Below, piece by piece: positions 1 through 11,212 of a stretch of DNA of 64,000 nucleotides. The first letter of the stretch is position 1; every line of letters starts with the position of its first letter. The notes beneath the pieces were generated by a model that worked only from the letters and a program-made list of their open reading frames with translations, did no database searches and was not told where the DNA came from. A program made the translations under genes and the position numbers. This DNA is from Octopus sinensis (taxonomy: Eukaryota): the NCBI RefSeq assembly GCF_006345805.1, contig NC_043011.1:14830464-14894463 (forward strand), read 5' to 3'.

Positions 1-427
1 TCTGCCATGTCTACCACAGAATGAAATGCATTTAGCTGATATATTTTGCAGCTTAGCAGATTTTTTTTTATTCGTTCCTTCTATATTGCCAATTAAAGAA
101 TTTTCTAAACCCTGTTGTTGTTGGATAATCCCTCACCACTTCCAATCAGTTTTGTCAGAATAGTTCTATGACAGAACTAATCAATCAAACAAAACATTCC
201 ATGAATATTACAAGTCATTGATAGTTCTTCATTTTAGGGCATATCAACCTAAAGTTTAGAACTAAAAATCTTTGGTCTCCATCCATATAGACATGATACT
301 TTTCGTTGGTTAGGTGAATCAGCTTGATAATATGCCTTCTACCACTACCTGTGGTTGGCCAAAATGTTGTGAATGGAATGTTGTGGCTTGTATTACCTGT
401 TTAAAAGAGGTAGAACTTAACCTCTGG

Positions 428-1222
428 CCCAGGTTTAACACCACTACTAGAGCTTGGGTGTCTTTAGCAGAAGTTTAAATTTAACCTCAAGCCCAGGTTT
501 AACACCACTACTGGAGCTTGGGTGTCTTTAGCAAAAGTTTAAACATAATCTCTTGCCCAGGTTTAACACCACTACTGGAGCTAGGGTGTCTTTAGCAGAA
601 GTTTAAACTTAATCTCTGGCCCAGGTTTAACACCACTACTGGAGTTAGGGTGTCTTTAGCAGAAGTTTAAACTTAATCTCTGGCCCAGGTTTAACACCAC
701 TACTGGAGTTAGGGTGTCTTTAGCAGAAGTTTAAACTTAATCTCTAGCCCAGGTTTAACACCACTACTGGAGCTTGGGTGTCTTTAGCAGAAGTTTAAAC
801 TTAATCTCTAGCCCAGGTTTAACACCACTACTGGAGCTCGGGTGTCTTTAGCAAAAGTTTAAACTTAATCCCTGGCTTGTATTACCTGTTTAAAAGAGGT
901 AGAACTTAACCTCTAGCCCAGGTTTAACACCACTACTAGAGCTTGGGTGTCTTTAGCAGAAGTTTAAATTTAACCTCAAGCCCAGGTTTAACACCACTAC
1001 TGGAGCTTGGGTGTCTTTAGCAAAAGTTTAAACTTAATCCCTGGCCCAGGTTTAACACCACTACTGGAGCTAGGGTGTCTTTAGCAGAAGTTTAAACTTA
1101 ATCTCTGGCCCAGGTTTAACACCACTACTGGAGTTAGGGTGTCTTTAGCAGAAGTTTAAACTTAATCTCTAGCCCAGGTTTAACATCACAACTGGAGTTA
1201 GGGTGTCTTTAGCAGAAGTTTA
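428..1222. repeat. 64-bp minisatellite, 12 units in two blocks (7+5)
   Basis: Unit CCCAGGTTTAACACCACTACTGGAGCTTGGGTGTCTTTAGCAGAAGTTTAAACTTAATCTCTGG starts at 428,492,556,620,684,748,812 and 917,981,1045,1109,1173. Stops occur in all frames, so it is non-coding. Confidence 0.95.
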
Positions 1223-1359
1223 CTTTGTTACAATATTTGGACTGAGTTTTCAGTGTAGGCACTCAGGTTTCCCAGATATCCTGAAGAGGGTTATGAGTGA
1301 TACACTTCCTGCTTTGAATAAACCCTACACTAAAAAGTACCCAAGATATCTAAGCTGAT

Positions 1360-1535
1360 ACTCTGCTGCTATGTGGTTCAGAAGCTTGTTTGCCAACCAT
1401 GTAGTATAAGATTCATTCCCACTGATTCATTCCCAAGGTGGCACCTTGGGTAAGTGTCTTTTACTGTAGCCTCAAGCAGATCAAAGCCTTATTAGGGGAT
1501 TTGATAGATAGAAGCTGAAAGATGCTCATCGTATA
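1360..1535 (+). mobile_element. Degenerate SINE-like repeat (family 2, GGCACCTTGGGCAAGTGTCTTCTACTATAGCC core)
   Basis: Diverged match to fuller copies at 61973-62344 and 10790-11212. Confidence 0.7.
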
Positions 1536-1580
1536 TATAATACACACTCACATACACATGTGTATATATATATATATATA

Positions 1581-1775
1581 AAGGGAAAGTTTACGAAAAA
1601 AAACAAAAGACGAAGACAGGTGGTGTACAAAACAAACAGATGTATTAGTATGACACTCAGGAATAGAAAAAGTCTTTTACATTTCGAGCCTACACTCTTC
1701 TACAGAAAGGGACACAGAAAAAACAAGGAGAGAAACAAGGAGAGAAAAAAATGTGTGCAGTGGCTAACGATCTAT
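1581..1775 (-). mobile_element. Penelope/retrozyme-like terminal repeat (family A) with hammerhead-like motif, copy 1
   Basis: Near-identical to 2481-2640, 18263-18459 and 18505-18695. Abuts (TA)n. Motif at 1672-1713 has two wobble substitutions. Confidence 0.65.
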
Positions 1776-1779
1776 GCCA

Positions 1780-2345
1780 TCATTAGACTGCGAAGCATCA
1801 AATTAATCTTTGCTTCATACAGTCTATGTTAGGATAAAAAATTTTGTGGGGTTTATGAGGTTCAATTGAATGATAATTAGGTTGTTAGGTGGGTTGTGAT
1901 GAAAGGATGTTGTGGAGACATTTTTATTGATTAAATTGGCGTTGTGTTCATTGTTCAGAGTTTATTCATGCATGTAGAATTCTTTAAACAGGTGTGTATA
2001 TTTGTGTGTCAGCTTCAGGTCATAGGATTGTTTTTTAGTGGTTTACAAAAAGGAAGTAGGTAGGAAGAGGGAAATTTTGGTCAGTAGATGTGGTATTTAG
2101 CTTCAGTTATTTTTGGTTTTATTGGATTTAATACTTTGATTACAAAGTTATAGAAGCATGAATAAATACTAAACAATAACATCACCCGAAATTTATTCAA
2201 TAAAAATTTCTCTACAACACCTCTCCATCACAACCCACTTTTCCCCACCTAATTACTATTCAACTGAACCCCGCAAACCCCAGAAAAATTCATCTTAACA
2301 GAGATTGTATAAAGCCAAGATTAACTTAATACCTCACACACCAAT
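1780..2345. repeat. Diverged inverted repeat pair (1780-1935 vs 2190-2345) of an unclassified interspersed sequence
   Basis: Reverse complement of 1780-1935 aligns by eye with 2190-2345 (e.g. AATCAATAAAAATGTCTCCACAACATCC vs ATTCAATAAAAATTTCTCTACAACACC), with scattered substitutions. Confidence 0.8.
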
Positions 2346-2480
2346 GATGATTTAGTCTATCAGTCACTTTTGCCAAATTACTAAGAAATCGGGATGGAAA
2401 TACACCAAGACCAGTTGTCAAGAAGTGCTGAGGGACAAACACAGGCAAACACACACACACACACACACGATATATATATA

Positions 2481-2640
2481 GGGAGAGTTTACGAAAAAAA
2501 ACAAAAGACGAAGACAGGTGGTGTACAAAACAAACAGATGTATTAGTATAACGCTCAGGAATAGAAAAAGTCTTTTACGTTTCGAGCCTATGCTCTTCTA
2601 CAGAAAGGGACACACAAAAAACAAGGAGAGAAACAAGGAG
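2481..2640 (-). mobile_element. Family A repeat with hammerhead-like motif, copy 2 (truncated by microsatellite)
   Basis: Same sequence as copy 1. Motif at 2570-2611. Confidence 0.65.
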
Positions 2641-2990
<350 letters not shown>

Positions 2991-3694
2991 ATCTTATAAA
3001 TAGAGTTGGTCAGTGTGTAAAATGTGTGTTTCAAGGTGTTTATCTGTTATTACCAGACTTGTTTTTGAATTATGATGCTGTTGTTATCGAATTTCTTTTT
3101 CAAACTTTCAAGTTCAATAAAACAACTGCTAATAAATCATTATCTTGGCAACATCTTAGCAAAACAAATGATTATCATTATTTATATATATATATATTTA
3201 TTTATTTATCTGATTTAAAACAAACATTTTTATATATTGTTGGAGCATATCCCAGTTTCTGAAGTAGTTTTTGACATACTAGATAACTGGCCCAACACTT
3301 CTTCACAAGTTTTCCTAAGTCTTTCAAATAACACACCTCAAGCACTAATGTTTTATCTTTGATAATCTAATTCCATGATTTTATCAATATTCAGCTACCA
3401 AAACTCATCTTTTTAGTTTTGAATCTGCTATTTATAAATTGAATCATCACAACAAAGGAATATTTAGAACATTATTCTTTGGGGGAAATCTAATTTAATG
3501 CTTTGCCAAGAATAACTTGTATCTTTTGTTTTTCTCCTGTATGAAATTTGTTTTAAACTCAAAACTTAAATCTGCCTTTCATTGGCACCTGAATATATGG
3601 TATTTTAGATGTGCATACATTCAATTATTACTGCTAACAGGAAAGGTACGCATTGGTCAAAAGGTTCGATTGGTTAAGTATTAATGCACTTAAC

Positions 3695-4046
3695 TGCAGG
3701 TGTGGCAGGGTGATAAGATGCTTGCTTCCCAACCACATGATTTCAAGTTCAGTCCCACTGCATGGCACTTGGGCAAATGTCTTCTACTATAGCTTAGTGC
3801 TGACTGAAGCCTCGTGAATGGATTTGGCAGACAGAAACTGAAAGAAGCCCATGATATATACATGTGTGTGTGTCTGTGTTTGTTCCCACCACTGCTTGAC
3901 AATTGGTGCTGGTGTATTTATGCCCCCGTAACTTAGACCCATAGAATAAGTACCAGGCTTATAGGGGTCAGTTCCTTTAACTAAAAATTCTTCAAGACAG
4001 TGCCCTAGAATAGCTGCAGTCTAATGACTGAAACAAGTAAAAGATG
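3695..4046 (+). mobile_element. SINE-like repeat family 2
   Basis: Head GGTGTGGC..GGTGATAAGATGCTTGCTTCCCAACCACATG, core GGCACTTGGGCAAATGTCTTCTACTATAGC, tail GACTGAAACAAGTAAAAGA, as in other copies. Confidence 0.85.
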
Positions 4047-4268
4047 GAAAGGTCTCTGCTGGTTCTATTTTATAAACTTAAGTAAAGGTACCATTCCTAT
4101 ATTCCTATTACATTACCATTTCACTACTAAATAGAAGCTGTTTGAAAAGGTACTCCTTTTAAAGATAAACTGGTATCCAATGGCTCATGGCTATGTGATT
4201 TTTGGTGACGGAAAAAAGACATTTGTAAGATTGCAGTTCACAAATTGAAAAATACCAGCCCCACTCAC

Positions 4269-4426
4269 CAAAAGCTTTAAAAAAATGTTTGGTTCCTTTA
4301 CACCTTTTATTAATGAGGAAACAAAAATAAGTTTGCATCTATAAAATTCTTCTTTCTTTTCTATGGTGTTGACCAGGTTTAAAATGTTGAAACATGGTGA
4401 TTTGTTTGCTTCATTTTTTATTCTTT
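4269..4426 (-). CDS. Candidate internal exon of an unidentified host gene (ERIKNEANKSPCFNILNLVNTIEKKEEFYRCKLIFVSSLIKGVKEPNIFLKLL)
   Basis: Acceptor TATTTCTCACAAG, donor TTG|GTGAGT and an open frame in unique sequence. No homology recognised. Confidence 0.25.
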
Positions 4427-4490
4427 CTTGTGAGAAATACTGACTAAAAAGATAAATGATCTCTGGGGGAGGTGATAGAAAAAGGGTCAA

Positions 4491-4717
4491 CCCTTTTTTA
4501 TATCTATCTGCCTAAAACAACCCTTGATTAAATGATGCAAACTTTTTGGTTGAAAGTGATATAAATTAAAAACCTTCCTTCAAAATTTTATGTTAATCAA
4601 TGTTCTAAACACCAGTTTCATAATAAAAAAAAAGTTATTTTGCTAAATTCTTCATTATTTTCGAAATTAATTGCAACAAAAGCAGTGTATTTTAACTGAA
4701 ATATGCTAACAAAAGGG
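4491..4717. mobile_element. piggyBac-type MITE (degenerate)
   Basis: TCAA|CCCTTT...AAAGGG|TTAA ends. Interior resembles 63547-63748. Confidence 0.7.
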
Positions 4718-6864
4718 TTAAACATCTCAGGAAAAATGTTGATGGGAATTTAACTGCTACATTGATCAGCGTGAATGACAATCAAAGCACTGATTCAATT
4801 GCATTCAGTTGGCTACTCCTACTTAAATAGAACTGAACTTAGGTATTCAATAAATGAGAATTTGTCAAATGCTTCCAGAACTTCAGAAACAGATGTTAAT
4901 GAGTTTCAACCAGTAGATATTATAGAATACAGGATATCTAAAAATTACTTCAGACTCTGAAGATTTTATTAACATTTTGTAGTCAATTATATTCCATTAG
5001 AAAAGGAATCTATTTATAAAAGATTATTTCAGGAATTCCAGCAGATAATTATATTAGCAGAATACATTCAGTTCCTACAGACATGAAAGGGAAGCAGCAG
5101 TGAAAAGAATACAAAATTCCCTTGTCACATCTATTTTACCATGTTGAAATTGCTATTCCAAAAGATGTGTCTTTGGTACAATACTACCAGCCTATGATAA
5201 TGAGGCCGTGTTTCCTAAAGCCAAAGCCACAGATAAAATGTTGTGCTCTCCCTATTAAAAAACTGTCACCTTTCTCTTTTGATATCAGATTTGTGATCAT
5301 TACAAAGTCATGGGTTCCAGCAGGCATTTCCAATCAGAACTTGTTCAAGTATTCCATGTAACCATTTTACTAAGCAAGCTCTATCTACATGTAACCATTT
5401 TACTAAGCAAGCTCTATATATTAAACAAACACAATATTTGTTTTTTAACAATTGAACTTGAAGTAGATAATGCTATATAAAAGAGCATGTACTCATTAGG
5501 TTAAAACCATTTAGATACACAAAGTCGAAGGCTGAATGTGAATCTACTTTGAGTTTGATTGTTGAAAACAATTTATTTCATGTTCTCTCAAAGTTTCTAA
5601 ATTCTTATGAGGTAGGCAAAAAAAGAATGTTATTTCATATTTAAGTATCTTATGAGTTTCTTAGTACAGATTGCATCAATATATAGTTTCAATACTTTTT
5701 AGCTTTGCATATGCTTTATTGTAGAGAAATGTTCAGGGAACAATGTTGATACTATTAAAAATGTACTCATCAGGTAAAATGACTAAGTGTTAATGAAGTA
5801 TAGCTTTTCAGTTTTAGGCTATAAATTACGAACATTTTCATAGTCAGAAATATTGTCTAAAAGCAATATACATTATTTTTGTTGCCATGGTTGAGAGAGC
5901 AGGAAAAATAGAAACCATTTGTATTCCAATAAGTCATATTACATTTGAACTTGAAGAATGCAACATATGTCAACATGAAAAAAAGTTAAAAGACAGAATA
6001 CAAGTTCCATGCTGATAAACAACTCAACCTATCTTTATACTAGTGGGCATTTCACTCATATCAGTCTTCTGATGACGTATACTTCTTGTGATTACTACAT
6101 CCATTTATGGTAGTACACAAATGAGCTTACATTTCTTGTGGAATAGGTCATAGTAGCTTTCTATGTATCTAGTGACTTTTATCTTTTCAAAACATATGAC
6201 TGATAAAGCTATTGCTGTTACCAAGTCACCAAATGTACATGAATAAAAAAAATAAACAAAAATATTCTACAATATGATTAAAAAGATGCATTAGTAAATA
6301 GCTTTTCTCCATTTTTAGTTTGAAATATTCCTGGGCAATAAAATTGATTTGGAGAAGCTATTTTCCAAATCACTTTTTTCCCAACCATTTTATATTCAAC
6401 ATATATATATATGTGTGAAAGATAAAAAAAAAAACACAAAAAAACTGCCAGGTAGAGAAAGTCATAAATAAATTGACCATTCTTTGGAAACATTGATTAT
6501 TGTCAATCTTTTTCTTCTCATTCACTTCAATCCAATGAAGGAAGTGATTCTAAAAGAAAATACTTCTGAAATGGTCTTTAATTTTCAAGATTTAAAAGCT
6601 TGAAAGAAATGAAAATTTCGAAGGTGATTGTAAGAAATCTATGAATTATTCATAGCAGAGAATGAAGGTGCTAATGTGCTATAGTAATGGAAAAAATAAA
6701 ACAAGAAAAACAAAACAAAGGAATTATTTTTGCTTTTCCCACTTGCTTTTCTGGCACTTGATATCTATGCTTCAAGGGGAAAAGATATATTTAAAAAAAT
6801 GTATCATGCAGATTTATCTATAGAGAGTCTTTGAATCAGTTTTTGTTTTCTTTTGCTTTACCAG

Positions 6865-7031
6865 AACTGATCAAAGAATGTAGAGCTGTTGAGGTTCCAA
6901 GAAAGTTCCAAGAAATTACATATGATGTAAATAACGAAGAATACATATGCTACTTTACTATGGTGCTGTTCAACACAAGTCAAGATGAAGTAATAATAAT
7001 TTATAGAGAGAAAGATCTAAGCTGCATGTAA
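6865..7031 (+). CDS. Candidate exon (ELIKECRAVEVPRKFQEITYDVNNEEYICYFTMVLFNTSQDE...)
   Basis: Long polypyrimidine tract TTTTGTTTTCTTTTGCTTTACCAG followed by the only open frame. 3' boundary uncertain; no homology recognised. Confidence 0.25.
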
Positions 7032-7116
7032 ATCCTTCTGTGCTACTGTTCAAGTAATCCCTGAGCAATTTTCAAACATAGTAACTAGGCTAAATAAATA
7101 TATTATTTGAAAACTG

Positions 7117-7588
7117 GGATCTTTTCGGTTTGAACGGCAGTTTTTAACATAATTTCTGGGTAACTAAAAAATTTTAAACTTCGTATACTGATAGAATGTA
7201 TTTATAAAACATCTTTTTCTCTTGGCTTTATTGAGAAAATTCTATAGTTTGTAAGATATTTGTTGTTTTTTTTCTTCAATTTCTGCAATTTCAACTTTTT
7301 TCTGAAATGTTGATACTATTAAAAATGTACTCATCAGGTAAATGAGTCCATTGAAGTAAACAACATTCTGTGCCGTATGAATATGTCCCTCGTTTAAGAA
7401 ACAGATTGGGTTTATTTACATTTGTGAAGAAAAAAAGATACCCTCCCCCCCACCCCTAACCCTAACCCTAACTAACCCTAACCCTAAAATAGATTGAAAT
7501 GCAATAGATCGATACTAGGGTCATAATTATGGGTGACAATTTCATATCACACCGCTAGAAAAAACTGCCGTTCAAACCGAAAAGATCC
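7117..7588. mobile_element. MITE with 28-bp TIRs and internal (CCCTAA)n, copy 1
   Basis: TIR GGATCTTTTCGGTTTGAACGGCAGTTTT / AAAACTGCCGTTCAAACCGAAAAGATCC. 8-bp flanks GAAAACTG / GAAAATTG. Second copy at 53530-53964. Confidence 0.9.
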
Positions 7589-8129
7589 GAAAATTGCATC
7601 TAATTGAACCTGTTTCATAGCATTTCAAAGTGTAAAATTTAGAAAATTAATTACATTTTCTATTTTTTTATGCTCATTCAAGAATAATTTTGAACAAATC
7701 AAGTTTAAAAATTAACTGTCATTAAGATATGACATATTGTGGTTTCCAAAATAATGATATTGGACTATGTTCATGTGAGTATATTTGAAAAATATCATGT
7801 CAGTTGGATTAATAGTTGTTAAATCTGTTTAAATGGGAAAGTAGAGGTGGCCATATTCACATAGTTCTTGACAGCAAGTAATTCATATTATGTCATTAAC
7901 ATTGCATTGTGTTTATAGTTAAAACACTTAGGTTCTGATTGTCAAATACATTTGACTCTTGACAGGCACCACAGATATGGAATTCACTAGCAACAGCAAC
8001 ATTGTAGAAGTGATAAGTACTTTATTGGTATGCAGTACTAAGTTCATTTCATCATGTACTAATGACTATCTTTGATGGCCTGTCGTTGTATCCAGGGGAA
8101 AATACTGGACATTATGGATACTGGAGATT

Positions 8130-8435
8130 TTTTTTTGTTCTTTCTCGAGCCATGTGTGGGTCATAAGGGCCGGTTTCCCGGTTTGTTGGCGTATAGGTTC
8201 CCCACCTGGACGGGACAGTGGTCCATCGCAGGTGAGCTGCAAGATGCAGAAAGAAAGAGTGAGAGAAAGTTGTGGCGAAAGAGTCAGCAGAAGTTTCGCC
8301 ATTACCTTCTGCCGGAGCCACATGGAGCTTAGGTGTTTTGCTCATAAACACACACATCATTCGGTTTGAGATTCGAACCCATGATCCCTCGACTGTGAGT
8401 CCGATGCTCTAACCACTAGGCCATGTGCCTCCACA
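8130..8435 (-). mobile_element. tRNA-derived SINE (family 1, GCTCGAGAAGGAACAA tail)
   Basis: Reverse-strand head GGAGGCACATGGCCTAGTGGTTAGAGCA...GGTTCGAATCTC with Pol III A/B boxes. Homologous to 48189, 52161 and 54553 copies. Confidence 0.9.
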
Positions 8436-10124
8436 AGTGTATTCTTGGTATTGGTAAACAGATTAACTAAATGGTTCAAGCACAGTTACTGATTATTGTC
8501 ACAGAAATAAAGCTGCTTTGTTATTCGTAGGGGAGCATACCACAAAGGTAGTCAATCAAAAATACCTGGGTGTCCTGCAGCTAAGATATGCTATATTCAT
8601 GTTATCAGTCTAAATTGAATTTTTAAAATTCTATCCACATTCCATTTTATTGTGTAATGTGCAGTTCCAAGGTTTAGGAGTTTAAGCATCTACATTCTTG
8701 TTTTAAAGTTGATATTTCAGGAAGATGTGTCTTCAGCACCGAAAAACCAATATAGAAGTCTCCTTAACAAAATTATTGCACAGGATAGAAAAAGAATTTG
8801 TGGGTTATCATATTGTCATATTATATAGAAATTAAAAGCAGTGTGTAAAAACCATAACTAATGAAAAAAAGTTACTTCGAAACCTATGAATGGACAAGTT
8901 TGTCTATGAAAATCTGTTAACAAAATATAATTGGCTTATGATCTCTGAGCTGGTTCACTTGATTTTAGCACCACCGACTCTTTGTTCATTCATGTACTTG
9001 TTTGTTCTGACTATTATTCATTCAGTTTGATCTTCTCCATTCTCTACTAGCAATGTTTCTTCCTTGTTCTGATTGTTATCAGCATAAAAACAATTATCTT
9101 GCTGGGAGCTGTTGTTGTTAAACATGATGGTAATATTGAAAAGATTTCTTCTTTGGCTAACAATAAATAATAGAGTGAGTTAATTGGCAGGCATTTCTAA
9201 AGTGGTTTAAAGAATTTCCAAAGCTAATGAGCAAAATAGTTTAATAAATACACATTGATAGCGATAACTGCCAGTTTTTATGTGACAAAACTGACTTTAT
9301 ATTTATACTGTAACAGTGTTGTCATACAAACAACTCATAATTTATAAACAACATTCTGTAATTTGTATTTCGTTCTCAACCCCCAACCATTAAAAACAAA
9401 CAAACAGATACACAAAAAAAAACATGAATACCACAAGGTGAAACCAGTTATTACTTTGACTTTTTATCTCAATACTGTCATTGTCAATGAAATGTCTAGG
9501 ATCAGTTGAAGCTAATAAATATAATAAATTTTTTAGACTATTAATCTCTAATCTATATCTAAACTACAATTTTATTGGTTTTGATCTCCTAGTATCAACA
9601 GGTGACTTATTTCTGGATATGTATGTTGGCTTCAACCTAGGAATGTTTATTTCTGAACTGAAAGTGGTAATGACATCGCCCACTAAGTTACACTCATCCA
9701 CCTAAATAGATAAGGTCATCACTACTCTTAGTTTAGAATTATCAGGTCCCAAGTTCAAATCCAACGAGGGATCATGTACATATCAAGAAATAAAAGAACT
9801 GATGATGCCATGTATCAGACGGGGCAAAATATTGTGCCTCGTTAGTGTAAATACACACACACCAAAGATGAAGTTTAATTGTCAAGAAATTTTAATCTCT
9901 TTGGAATGAAGAGTCTATGCTACTACATTACTGACCATATTCTCATAATGTCAATTCTTACAACTATGTTGTGCTCCTATGTTAGAAAAACATTTTTTTT
10001 GCTTGTCTCAGTCTGCTGGGCTAGCAATATAAACCACTCTTCATGATTCATTACTGAATTGTGCTTATCTGTAAAATACTCCAATTGCAACACATCCATC
10101 ACATGCCAAGCCCACATTACTTAT

Positions 10125-10585
10125 CATCATCATCATCATTTAATGTCCACTTTCCATGCTAGCATGGGTTGGACGATTCGATTGAGGTCTGGCGAACCAG
10201 ACTCCAATCTGATCTGGCAGAGTTTCTACAGCTGGATGCCCTTCCTAATGCCAACCACTCCGAGAGTGTAGTGGGTGCTTTTATGTGCCACCGGCGTGAG
10301 GGCCAGTTTGGTGATATTGGCAACGGCCATGCCCAAATGATGCTTTTTACATGTCACCTGCACAGGAGCCAGTCCAGCGGCACTGGCGATGACCTCGCTC
10401 GAATATTTCACATGCCACCAGCACAAGTGCTGGTAAGGCGACGCGGTAATAATCACGCTCGAATGGTGTGCTTAACGTGCCATCGGCTTGGAGGCCAGCT
10501 TGTTGCTCTGGCAATGATCTCACTCGTGTAGTACTCTTAGCGCTCCACTAGCAACGGATGCCAGTCACCGAATTTGATTTCGACT
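10125..10585 (-). mobile_element. Interspersed retroposon family 3 ((GAT)n tail, GGATGCCCTTCCTAACGCCAACCAC core)
   Basis: Shared with 12495, 26833, 58372 and 60660 copies. Contains internal ~55-bp subrepeats (GTGCTTTT..GTGCCACCGGC). Confidence 0.85.
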
Positions 10586-10789
10586 CTGTCTCCTACAATC
10601 ACAAGGTCTGAAATTTTGGGGGAAATTTTGAAGAGTGCTAGTGAATTACACTGACATCTGTGTTCAGCTGGTATTTATGTTATCAGTCTTGAATGGATGA
10701 ATAGCAAAGCCAACCTCAGTAGGATTTGAACTCAAAAATGTAAAGCCAGAAGAAATGCTGCTAAACATTTTATCTGGCATACTCTTTTA

Positions 10790-11015
10790 CTTGTTTCAGT
10801 CATTTGACTGTGGCCATGCTGGAGCATCACCTTTTAGTCGAGCAAATCAACCCCAGGACTTATTCTTTGTAAGCCTAGTACATATTCTATTGGTCTCTTT
10901 TGCCGAACCACTAAGCTACGGGGGACGTAAACACACCAGCATCAGTTGTCAAGCGATGTTGGGGAGACAAACACAGACACACAAACATATACACATACAC
11001 ATACATATATATATG

Positions 11016-11046
<31 letters not shown>

Positions 11047-11212
11047 ATATACGACAGGCTTCTCTCAGTTTCTGTCTACCAAATCCACTCACAAGGCATT
11101 GGTCGGCCCAAGGCTATAGTAGAAGACACTTGCCCAAGGTGCCACGCAGTGGGACTGAACCTGGAACCATGTGGTTGGTAAGCAAGCTACTTACCACACA
11201 GCCACTCCTATT
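10790..11212 (-). mobile_element. SINE-like repeat family 2, near full length
   Basis: Reverse complement of the 61973-62344 copy, with an internal (TA/CA)n tract. Confidence 0.9.

Noticed and set aside
428-1222. Possible CRISPR array, coding repeat or spliced-leader RNA array
   Set aside because: There are no unique spacers, the period of 64 gives stops in all frames, and GGTTTAA similarity to nematode SL is not followed by a donor site or Sm site.
5745-5775. CUGAUGA-GUAC...GUAU on the minus strand as a hammerhead
   Set aside because: No GAAA follows stem II and stem I does not pair. Other CTGATGA hits (6069, 14322, 30341, 31257, 57912, 60221) also lack the architecture.
7452-7490. Interstitial telomere
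   Set aside because: Only about five units, and they are an internal part of a MITE present in both copies.
10169-10531. ORFs with LAEFLQLDALPNANHS-type peptides (also 12537, 26881, 60652)
   Set aside because: They are readings of the family 3 interspersed repeat and are not conserved in frame between copies.
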